Of a stretch of 42,462 bases of DNA, positions 34,886 to 42,462 are shown piece after piece (position 1 is the first letter of the stretch; each line of letters starts with the position of its first letter). This stretch comes from a virus. Lineage: Duplodnaviria; Caudoviricetes. The stretch spans positions 1 to 42,462 of the IMG/VR virus record IMGVR_UViG_3300009103_000065. The stretch is one strand, 5' to 3'. Below the pieces are notes generated by a model. It saw nothing but the letters and a program-made list of their open reading frames with translations, ran no database searches and was not told the origin of the DNA. The position numbers and the translations under genes were made by a program.

Positions 34886-37800
34886 TTAACTTGAAAAACT
34901 TAATTTGACTAGCTTCTTTAGAGCGTCATGCCGTGAGGCATAATTAGCCCTATAGTTTCCTGTTGGAGCACTCAAGGCCACTCCATGTGTCTGCCTCTTC
35001 TGTTCAAGCCCATTTTCCACCAAGCCACCTCGTCCAATCGAGTCAGATACGACCACCTCTTTTGGATGAGCCGAGTGTATTAAGTCTTCTCCAGTTTCGT
35101 CAGTCACGTTATACAGGGTTTTGAAATCAGCTTTTCTTTTTTCCAACCTTTGGTCGTACAGTCCACCTAGACCTGCAAAATAAGATTGAAGGATTTTGTC
35201 GGTATTATTAAGATCCGTTACGGCATCTTTATAATATGACTTTGAAAAATCATCTGCTTTTTTCTCAAGCGTTTGATTATCAGTATTTTTGGTTATATTA
35301 GTAGAATCGTTAGCTATATTTGCCAAACTTTCTAATTTTATTAATCTTTCAGTGCTATCCGCTACAGATAACTCTGCAAGTTTTATAAGGTCAGAGAATC
35401 TATCGCTGCCTCTTCTGTCCATAATTCTTTGAATCATAAGTCTATCCGAATCAGACATTCGTCTGGATCTTTGGCCACCGATTCCTTGATCTGAATCCCC
35501 ACTCAATTCTTCTCCCATTGAATGCGATCTAGAACGGCGTCTACTTTTATGTCGGTTGTCCGAAAACCATCCAAGGGGATCCCACGAATGGTGGCCTCTT
35601 TCTGCAAGGCCCTTTGCTACAGTCTCTTCTGCAGTATAATTGATAGCTCTTTGAGCATCATTATTCATAAGACTATAATTTACATCAAAAACCTGAACCG
35701 GCCCCTTCCCCTCAGGATCGCTGAGCCCATCATTCAAAACCATTTCCTTAATCTTCAGGGTTCTGCCGGTTGGATCAGATAAATTTGGAGCTGGGGCTCT
35801 ATGCTGATTTAAAAAGGCATAATAAAGAGGAACTGAGCTTCCCGGAACAACAAACGGAGGGTTTAGCTTCATTCTAAATCTTTTTCTATATGCTAGCTGA
35901 AGAGCGTTTAAATAAGCATTAAGCTCGCCATGGCTCCCTGCGGCCTCAAGATTCATTATGGTATTATTTGCTGCCTGCCAACCATTTCGGGGGTCATACT
36001 TTCCAGACCTTGGATCGGCTTGCGCCAAAGACTCTCTGGCTGCGGGGTCCGTCACACCTATGTATGGATCTGGCCTTCCGGTCTCCTTCCTGCGATTTCC
36101 CGGCCAATCTGGATCATCTCTATTTAGGATGCCATCGCCGTCATGATCACCATCAGGGCCATACTTCGTTCCGTTGTAACCGCCGCCTGAGTTATCCTTG
36201 CCCTTAAGCTTATTGTATAGGTAATGCCCTCCTGCTGCTCCGGCTGTGATGAGACCTCCGTATGCAATAACCTTTCCGAGCTTGCCCCACCAACTAGTCT
36301 GCTTGGGGCCAACCTTAACGCCTGCCTCTGCAAGTTCAGCAAGTAATTTTCCTGAAATATTTACATTGCCTATATTTTCCATTCTTTGGATAACTTTAAC
36401 AAAGTCATCGTGAAGCTTTCCTGCTGCTGCAGCACCTTCGCCGCCAGCCTCTCGTAGTAGCCTTAGATTCTTTAGTTCCAAAGCCAAATCATTACCGTTA
36501 TTTACTATAAAATTAATTTGCTTCTGAAGAGCCGCCTGGTTAGCGTCCAGGTAAGCCTTCATTGCGGGGCTTATTCCATCGACCACCTCATCGCCTAGCC
36601 CAAGAGCCGCCTTCACTCCGGCGGCATCAATATTGACAGTCTGGTTAATATCTCCAACGGTGTTAGTTGCCTTCCCGCCTGTCGCTGAAGTATCACCGAC
36701 AGCTGCTGCGCCCCTGCTTCCGCTAACAGCATCTCCAGTTACATTGAGCCCTTTCCTAGCCTTCTTTACCTGACCGAGTGCGCTTATAGTGCTTTTGAAA
36801 TGTGCATCCATTCCGTCCATGAGCTCATTTGCACTGCGGTTAAAGATGCCCACATTCACTTTTGCGCCTTCTTCGATTATTGCACCGGAAAAATCAACAT
36901 TCTTTACCGTCTGATTAAGCTCGCCTGTTGACGTGCTCATTCGAGTAAGAGAGGTTCGTAGACTTTCGATATGAAACAAGACCTTTTGCCTCACAGCCTC
37001 TGGAGTTATCTTGTTTGCTATCTTTACTGCTTCATCTAGCTCGGAAAAGGCATTCTTAAACTTTGCAGCCGCTGTTCCGGCAACTCTTTTTGACTTCGCC
37101 CCTCGCATCAGAATCTGTATATCACCTACGTGCTTGAACGACCCAGCTTGTCTGGCGGCCTCATAAACATCATCACCAAGGGGCCCCGGATCTTTTATTG
37201 CCTTTCTTGCATCTGCTACATCATCAACCCCCTGTGCTGCCTTACGAGCGACAGTCCACTCACCAGTTGTTCTGCTTTGTACAGCATGAAAGCCATCGCC
37301 AAACTCTTCGGCCTGCTTGGTAGCCTTAAGTCTAGAGGCCTCTATTGCGTCATCAGACAATTTAGCCTCATCAAAGGCCTCTTGAACAGTTTTCTTTCCT
37401 GCTTTGCCGCTTTTACGAGCTGCCGCCGCCTCTTCCAAGCTTCGTTGCACCGGCCCCGGGTTTGCTTTGCTCGCAGGATTAAAGGCCTTTCCTGACAAAA
37501 TTGCGTTAACCATTTCATCTGACGCTTCATCAGAAACAGCCTTACCACTTCTTCTTCCAGCAGCCAGAAGATCTTCTACCGCCGCTGGTTTAAATTTTCC
37601 AGCCGCATCCACATAATCATCTATATGCCTTCCTTCGTTTATAAGCATATTGTCTAATGCTTTGCCTAATTCGTTTCTAAATTCAATAAAAGACCTTTTT
37701 CTTGCGCCTTCAGTTGCACCTTTTATAAGCCTGCTAACTCCAAAAAATTCAGGTAACGCTTGTGATGACGTTTTTCTTGCACCTTGAACTAAGGCCTCCT

Positions 37801-38017
37801 CAATAGTATTACTGATAGGCTTGGCACCCTTTCGAAGGTGTTTTAGGGCTCCCACGGCCTGGTCAGGATTTGTGATCCTAGACAGGCGTCCGATCATGCT
37901 TGATTCCCATCCAGCGAATTTCTTTATCGTTTCGGCGCTATCTCTATTGTTAAATCTAGCCATCACTTCGAAAAATAAATCTGCAGAACTACTCTCCTCT
38001 ATTTTATTTATATACAT
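34886..38017 (-). CDS. Large Ala/Gly/Lys-rich internal head (ejection-like) protein with one hydrophobic segment
   Basis: 1043 aa inside the head module. Helical low-complexity N-half, WWGKLGKVIAYGGLITAGAAGGHYLY segment, DGDHDGDGILNRDDPD Ca-binding-like motif, and KxA motifs near both ends. Confidence 0.5.
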   Translation of the reverse strand: MYINKIEESSSADLFFEVMARFNNRDSAETIKKFAGWESSMIGRLSRITNPDQAVGALKHLRKGAKPISNTIEEALVQGARKTSSQALPEFFGVSRLIKGATEGARKRSFIEFRNELGKALDNMLINEGRHIDDYVDAAGKFKPAAVEDLLAAGRRSGKAVSDEASDEMVNAILSGKAFNPASKANPGPVQRSLEEAAAARKSGKAGKKTVQEAFDEAKLSDDAIEASRLKATKQAEEFGDGFHAVQSRTTGEWTVARKAAQGVDDVADARKAIKDPGPLGDDVYEAARQAGSFKHVGDIQILMRGAKSKRVAGTAAAKFKNAFSELDEAVKIANKITPEAVRQKVLFHIESLRTSLTRMSTSTGELNQTVKNVDFSGAIIEEGAKVNVGIFNRSANELMDGMDAHFKSTISALGQVKKARKGLNVTGDAVSGSRGAAAVGDTSATGGKATNTVGDINQTVNIDAAGVKAALGLGDEVVDGISPAMKAYLDANQAALQKQINFIVNNGNDLALELKNLRLLREAGGEGAAAAGKLHDDFVKVIQRMENIGNVNISGKLLAELAEAGVKVGPKQTSWWGKLGKVIAYGGLITAGAAGGHYLYNKLKGKDNSGGGYNGTKYGPDGDHDGDGILNRDDPDWPGNRRKETGRPDPYIGVTDPAARESLAQADPRSGKYDPRNGWQAANNTIMNLEAAGSHGELNAYLNALQLAYRKRFRMKLNPPFVVPGSSVPLYYAFLNQHRAPAPNLSDPTGRTLKIKEMVLNDGLSDPEGKGPVQVFDVNYSLMNNDAQRAINYTAEETVAKGLAERGHHSWDPLGWFSDNRHKSRRRSRSHSMGEELSGDSDQGIGGQRSRRMSDSDRLMIQRIMDRRGSDRFSDLIKLAELSVADSTERLIKLESLANIANDSTNITKNTDNQTLEKKADDFSKSYYKDAVTDLNNTDKILQSYFAGLGGLYDQRLEKRKADFKTLYNVTDETGEDLIHSAHPKEVVVSDSIGRGGLVENGLEQKRQTHGVALSAPTGNYRANYASRHDALKKLVKLSFSS

Positions 38018-38463
38018 GGCGTATCTTGCTCCAATATTTCGTCAATAGTTCTTTCTATTCTATATGCAAGCTTAATGTTTCCATCTAAAAGAGCGGCTGC
38101 AACTAAATCCCTAAGATCATCAACAACCTCATCTTGGAGAGCATCTTCTGCAACCTCATCATCAGAATAATCTGAATGGCCATCATAAGCCTCGTCGACA
38201 GGCCCGTCATCAGCACTGCTAAGAAGCTCCCCTGCAGCAACACCTGCATTGTTAGCAGCCTCCTCTATTGCCTTAAAGTCATTAACTTTTTCTTGAGCGT
38301 CCGGCGACAATGCTTTCTTTTCCAATTCTTCTTTTGATCGTACAATCTTTTCTTGTAAAATATCTGCACGTCGAATTGTGTCCAATACTATTGTTTCGAG
38401 CCCTCGCATAACCTCACTTTTATCAAAGTGGTAACGATCTTCTTTGCTCCAGTTTTTAGACAT
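38008..38463 (-). CDS. Acidic head-associated hypothetical protein
   Basis: 151 aa, GGAGG SD, overlaps the start of the 1043-aa gene. Confidence 0.7.
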   Translation of the reverse strand: MSKNWSKEDRYHFDKSEVMRGLETIVLDTIRRADILQEKIVRSKEELEKKALSPDAQEKVNDFKAIEEAANNAGVAAGELLSSADDGPVDEAYDGHSDYSDDEVAEDALQDEVVDDLRDLVAAALLDGNIKLAYRIERTIDEILEQDTPCI

Positions 38464-38502
38464 TAAAAAGCCTCCATTGTAATATCAATAACATTTTAAA
38501 TA

Positions 38503-38509
38503 ATTAGTA
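38503..38509 (-). promoter_or_regulatory. Candidate late promoter TACTAAT
   Basis: 39 nt upstream of the 151-aa gene. Confidence 0.55.
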
Positions 38510-38522
38510 GTTTAAGCATAGC

Positions 38523-39215
38523 CTATAATAACATGAACTCTATAGTTCCAATTGCCGCAGACGGAGGGCCCGTACATAGTGCAACACCGGGGTGAGCATC
38601 CGTAGGTTGTGAAGAAGTTAACTTTCCATCTAAACCTACGTATAATGTGGAATTTACTGGATAAATTTGAGTTGTATCAAACTGATCTGTAGCATATATG
38701 CCTCTCTGATAATGCAAAGTCACTCTTCCGCTGCCTATCGTAGTATCGTCCCCAGGCTTTCCTGCCACTCTGTAAATATAATTAACAACAATGGTAAAAG
38801 AGTCGTTTGTTCCGTCACCAGTTGAGTCATGATTAAGCTCTGTTCCGGCAGGAACTGTTATGACTCCATTTACAGGGTTCAGTAAAACTGATATTGTAGA
38901 GGTAAAACTTTTTTGAATTATATTGGGAAACTCCATAACGCCAGTTACGTCTGTGGAACTAACCCTCTTTCCGTTGTCATCAACCTCAGAGGCCTGAACC
39001 TCTATGCTGACAACCTCATCAACCTGGGCTTTTGTAAAGGCCGTGGTTCTAACATCATCTATGATCCCAAGAGGTGCCGTTCCATCACTTATACTTGCCA
39101 CGATATCATTGCCAATTAAGCCTAATTGAGCAAACATACCTGGCTCGAACTCTGCGGTAGGATCTACCGGCAGAGCCATCGGCATAGCATTTCCAGTGTG
39201 AATAATTTTAAGCAA
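38523..39215 (-). CDS. Second capsid decoration-like protein (paralogue of 34183-34812)
   Basis: 230 aa, TTG start with GGGAG SD. MLKIIH.G...P...PLGIIDD...TTIGSGRVTLH...GIY...LYVGLDGKLT parallels MALKLLNPG..P...GGLADE...TDRASGKVTVW...GLY...LSASNAGVLQ. Confidence 0.55.
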   Translation of the reverse strand: MLKIIHTGNAMPMALPVDPTAEFEPGMFAQLGLIGNDIVASISDGTAPLGIIDDVRTTAFTKAQVDEVVSIEVQASEVDDNGKRVSSTDVTGVMEFPNIIQKSFTSTISVLLNPVNGVITVPAGTELNHDSTGDGTNDSFTIVVNYIYRVAGKPGDDTTIGSGRVTLHYQRGIYATDQFDTTQIYPVNSTLYVGLDGKLTSSQPTDAHPGVALCTGPPSAAIGTIEFMLL

Positions 39216-39235
39216 TTAATTCTCCCATATCTAAA

Positions 39236-39270
39236 AATCAAAAAGGGAGGGCACTTACTCCCTCCCTTTT
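39236..39270 (-). terminator. Terminator-like hairpin, possibly bidirectional
   Basis: AAAAGGGAGGG-8 nt-CCCTCCCTTTT, continuing TGATTTTT on the minus strand, 48 nt after the stop of the 287-aa gene. Confidence 0.7.
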
Positions 39271-39278
39271 ATCTTACT

Positions 39279-39285
39279 ATTAATA
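39279..39285 (-). promoter_or_regulatory. Candidate late promoter TATTAAT
   Basis: 63 nt upstream of the 230-aa gene. Confidence 0.45.
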
Positions 39286-39317
39286 GTTCAGATTGTTCAA
39301 TTTAAAAGCTTAGACAA

Positions 39318-40181
39318 TTAAGAATTCGATTTTTCTTTCTTTGTCTTATTAAGATGTGCCTTGGCACATCTTTGAACACCAATTGTGCCCCTGGGCTTAC
39401 TCAATTTCTTTGAGCACTCTTCTAGCCAATACTCTATGGTAAGCTTTTCATCTTCCTCAGAAACTCCCGTTCCCACAGGTGTTCCGGGATCAAGCTCTAT
39501 AGGCTTTTCCGGCTGCTTAAAGCCTCCAAGTTTATTTATTGTAACTTGAACCATATCACCCGCAAGTGGGTCATTACCTTTGTAAAACTCGCTTGCAAGC
39601 TTCTTTAGCTCCGATACAACTGTAGCTCTTCTTTTGGCATCTTTTTGCAAATCACCCTTTATGCTAAGAGCAGTGGCCTCTACTACATCTGCAGCAAAAG
39701 ACTCCCCCTTTGTTCTTAGACTTCCAGCAATCTTAGACAACCCAAAAAGAACTTGTTTCTCTGAGGCAGTATGTTGAAAGGAATCAAGAGCCTTATCAAT
39801 GTCGCTCACTCCTGGGCTCAGTTGATCAAGGTTTTCATCCATTATCATATCCTCTAAATTATCATCAGCAAAATCAAGGCCGTCATCTGCATCATCAATA
39901 GCAAAGCTTTCTGAATCAGCAGCAAATTCGTCATCGACCTCGTCATCGGCCGCCGGACTTTCGAGGACAGCATCTTCCATTTGCTCCGCCCAATTCAACG
40001 CAACTTTTTCTACATCTTTGTCTTTATTATCTGCATAAACTTTATCAAGCTCGGCCTCTATCGGATCAGTATTCTCGACCAAATCTAGCGAAAGATTAGC
40101 AGATTTAACTAGACTCTTCTGCCCAATGAGCTTTAAAAACTCCTGAGCGATATTGTCTCCAGATGGTTTTAAACTATGCAT
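39318..40181 (-). CDS. Acidic prohead core/scaffold-like protein
   Basis: 287 aa, TAAGGAGG SD, D/E-rich centre, several KxA motifs, and a duplicated helical unit (LSKIAGSLRTKGESFAADVVEAT / LKKLASEFYKGNDPLAGDMVQVT). Confidence 0.5.
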   Translation of the reverse strand: MHSLKPSGDNIAQEFLKLIGQKSLVKSANLSLDLVENTDPIEAELDKVYADNKDKDVEKVALNWAEQMEDAVLESPAADDEVDDEFAADSESFAIDDADDGLDFADDNLEDMIMDENLDQLSPGVSDIDKALDSFQHTASEKQVLFGLSKIAGSLRTKGESFAADVVEATALSIKGDLQKDAKRRATVVSELKKLASEFYKGNDPLAGDMVQVTINKLGGFKQPEKPIELDPGTPVGTGVSEEDEKLTIEYWLEECSKKLSKPRGTIGVQRCAKAHLNKTKKEKSNS

Positions 40182-40191
40182 GTTGTCCTCC

Positions 40192-42462
40192 TTATTCCCA
40201 CATCGATGTTAGTGCGTCTGCTGTCATACGCCTGCCAGAAGACTCTGTAGTCGCCTGATCTGGTTCGACACCAATGTTAACTCCCCCTAAATCAGAAGCA
40301 ATCTTGACGGTACTGACAGCTCTGGCGTTACCTATGCTTCGCTTAAAAGCCTCAAAAGCATTGCCATCAAAAGTCATTATCTCGTCAACCTGCTTATCTA
40401 AGGCAGTTTTGCTATGAGCCAAAAGCCCCTTTCTTTGCATCTCAAGACCAACATCATATGCCCGTCTTAGCTGAACTCGGTACTTCTCTCGCTCTTCATC
40501 AACCTTTTTCTCTGCAACCTTCGAATCAAGAATATTCTTTACAAGGTTCTCTCTGGTCGATTCTGTTGCAACAACGACATCGTCTAGCGCATTCTCTGCA
40601 ATTTCATCAGATTCGTCCGTTTCGCCTGCTTGCTTCAAGAGAGCCTCTCTGTTCGCAGCTCTTTCTGCGAGAAATCTATCTTCAGATTGCTTCAAAATAG
40701 CCTCTCTTCTAGCGCGTCTAAGGTTCATTGCTTCTGCCACAAGGGAGTCCGAAGCGCCATCTTCTTCATCATCTGCATAATCAGCATCTTCTGCATACTC
40801 GCCATCTTCTTCATCATCTGCAAGGTCTAAAGCGAAGTCTCCCCCTTCTGGATTCGGAACCGATGCGGGTGGCTCAGCACCTGTATGCACCTCGGCGTGA
40901 TCCTCCAAGGCGTCCTCAGCTCCATCGCTCTGGCCATCGCGAGCAAATTCTTCCATTTCCGACATGGCTAATTTCATAAGACCTCTTGACTCTCCAGTAA
41001 GATGATCCGCATCCTTTACGGCTGCAGACGCAAGCTTTACAAACTGCTTTCTGTTTCCGGCAGACAGCTTAGAGATATTGTCATAAGTTTCTGCAACCAA
41101 AGAAAGTTCATCAGCAGAGCTATCAAGTCTTCTATAGGCAGTCTTTAGGCCACGAATAAGCTCTGAAGATAAAGTTCCAAGGCCACCATCTCCTGCCTCC
41201 ACACTCTCTTCTCCGTCCTTACCCTTTCCGGTGAAAACATTAACATCTACATCAGCAAGCCTTTCGTCCTCAAGCTTCGACACGAAGTCCCTTATTTCGT
41301 CAAGGAGCCCCTCCATGTCTGCTAGCCTATTTTCAATCTCTTCCGATGGGCTCAAATCTTCTTCGCCTTCTTCTTCGCCTTCACCCTCTTCCATAGGAGG
41401 AAGCTCGGGCATGGCACCCGCATCATCCATAGGAGGAAGCTCGGGCATGGCACCCGCATCATCCATAGGAGGAAGCTCGGGTGGAGCAGCGCCTTCTTCC
41501 ATCATGGGAAGATCTTGGGCCGTCTTTAACAGCTCAGCCACTCTATCAAGTCCGGCTTCTCTTATCTGCGAGCAAACCTCCCGGCCATAGTCCTGGCTAG
41601 AAATCCACTCCCAGTTTCCTGCAAGCTCATCTTGGTATATCTGACCTGCGGTTGCAGCGATAACTCTGCGATCTCCAGCAAAAACCTCAAAAACACTATT
41701 TCCTCTATCAACCGATCCGTCTGATCTGCGCTTTACACTAAACTTAGTTCTTAGCGCAGGCCCATTGTAGGACGCTCGATTAAGCTTTTCCTTTGTTTCC
41801 TTGTCCCCAGGAAAGGCTCCATCAGCTCCGCCCATATTGCCTGTCTGATGCATATGCTTATCCTTGCCTCTATCCCAAGCCTCACTCTTGTAAGTGTTTG
41901 GCTCGACACCTTCGGCTCCGCCTTGCATGTAAGCTAAGCGCTTAAGCCTACGCTCCTTAAGCTCTGCACGACTAAGCTTTTCCTTTGTTTCCTTGTCTCC
42001 AGGGGCCATGCCATCAGATCCGCCCATATTACCGGTCTGCTTCATGTGCTTATCCTGATCTCTGTCCCAAGACTCACTCTTGTAAGTGTTTGGCTCAGCG
42101 CCCTCGGCTCCGCCCTGCATATAAGCTATTCTACGGCGAAGCTCTGCTCTCTTTCTTAATCTTGACTCATTCATAATATCCTCCATTATTGAATTGATTG
42201 AAAAGTCGTCTACATAATCATTATCTAGATCATTATTTGCAACTTTAATACTGTGATTTTTCCCATTTGATTCAACCGTCACAGCTTCACCGCCAGACGG
42301 ACTGTTAAGTGACGCTACTCTAGGCATATCTAAAATATCGTCCTCTGACGTGAGAAAATCGGGACCATTCCCGGTATCCCCACCGCCTAACATACTTGTT
42401 TCCGAATTCGCCGGTGCTGCGCTAAAAAGCGGAACACCACCGGATCCTCTAGCTCCCTCTGG
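40192..42462 (-). CDS. Large acidic scaffold-like protein, 5'-truncated (possibly the C-terminal part of a protease-scaffold polyprotein)
   Basis: The frame stays open upstream of the listed ATG at 42393 to the window edge (PEGARGSGGVPLFSAAPANSETS-M...). It is acidic and coiled-coil rich, has internal repeats and many KxA motifs, and lies upstream of the capsid genes. Confidence 0.6.
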   Translation of the reverse strand, partial: PEGARGSGGVPLFSAAPANSETSMLGGGDTGNGPDFLTSEDDILDMPRVASLNSPSGGEAVTVESNGKNHSIKVANNDLDNDYVDDFSINSIMEDIMNESRLRKRAELRRRIAYMQGGAEGAEPNTYKSESWDRDQDKHMKQTGNMGGSDGMAPGDKETKEKLSRAELKERRLKRLAYMQGGAEGVEPNTYKSEAWDRGKDKHMHQTGNMGGADGAFPGDKETKEKLNRASYNGPALRTKFSVKRRSDGSVDRGNSVFEVFAGDRRVIAATAGQIYQDELAGNWEWISSQDYGREVCSQIREAGLDRVAELLKTAQDLPMMEEGAAPPELPPMDDAGAMPELPPMDDAGAMPELPPMEEGEGEEEGEEDLSPSEEIENRLADMEGLLDEIRDFVSKLEDERLADVDVNVFTGKGKDGEESVEAGDGGLGTLSSELIRGLKTAYRRLDSSADELSLVAETYDNISKLSAGNRKQFVKLASAAVKDADHLTGESRGLMKLAMSEMEEFARDGQSDGAEDALEDHAEVHTGAEPPASVPNPEGGDFALDLADDEEDGEYAEDADYADDEEDGASDSLVAEAMNLRRARREAILKQSEDRFLAERAANREALLKQAGETDESDEIAENALDDVVVATESTRENLVKNILDSKVAEKKVDEEREKYRVQLRRAYDVGLEMQRKGLLAHSKTALDKQVDEIMTFDGNAFEAFKRSIGNARAVSTVKIASDLGGVNIGVEPDQATTESSGRRMTADALTSMWE
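41390..41481. repeat. 36-bp perfect tandem repeat x2.5 (ELPPMDDAGAMP)
   Basis: tccataggaggaagctcgggcatggcacccgcatca twice plus 20 bp of a third copy. Confidence 0.95.
41781..42128. repeat. Direct repeat with 192-bp period (41781-41936 and 41973-42128)
   Basis: Two copies of AYMQGGAEG.EPNTYKSE.WDR..DKHM.QTGNMGG.DG..PGDKETKEKL.RA. Confidence 0.95.

Noticed and set aside
34886-38017. Tape measure protein
   Set aside because: It lies among head genes with no adjacent tail tube or chaperone genes and lacks regular aromatic periodicity; not fully excluded.
432-42176. Remaining plus-strand and nested ORFs in the track
   Set aside because: All lie within longer, SD-led minus-strand genes and show no recognisable motifs; the window appears coded on one strand only.
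1-42462. Eukaryotic giant virus origin or alternative genetic code
   Set aside because: Strong SD sites, overlapping operonic genes, intrinsic terminators and an HK97-type capsid point to a prokaryotic tailed virus, and long ORFs are intact under code 11 with TAA, TAG and TGA all used as stops.

Overview
The window is a gene-dense, AT-rich stretch with every credible gene on the minus strand. It reads as the virion morphogenesis region of a large, probably jumbo, tailed bacteriophage (genetic code 11, AAGGAG/GGAGG Shine-Dalgarno sites). In transcription order (right to left) it holds: a 5'-truncated acidic scaffold-like protein, core/internal head proteins, two paralogous capsid decoration-like proteins, an HK97-fold major capsid protein, two small putative regulators, two giant LamG/Ig adhesins, a J-domain co-chaperone, a fibre built from His-Ser-x-Asp 11/14-residue repeats, neck/adaptor-like proteins, a protein with two ADP-ribosyltransferase-like domains, a HEXXH metallopeptidase, a holin/spanin-like membrane cluster, and two paralogous tailspike-like proteins. 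No portal, terminase, tail tube, RNA gene or CRISPR array was recognised. The most interesting signals are: (1) a recurrent hydrophobic-x-K-x-A motif in head-associated proteins, a candidate prohead-protease site that also brackets the double-ART protein; (2) the His-hendecad fibre and its long leader, which has tandem anti-SD repeats able to pair with its own RBS; (3) a small beta module at the C-terminus of four unrelated virion proteins; (4) a TAYTAAT candidate late promoter in ten intergenic gaps. All family calls come from motif recognition by eye; no searches were run.
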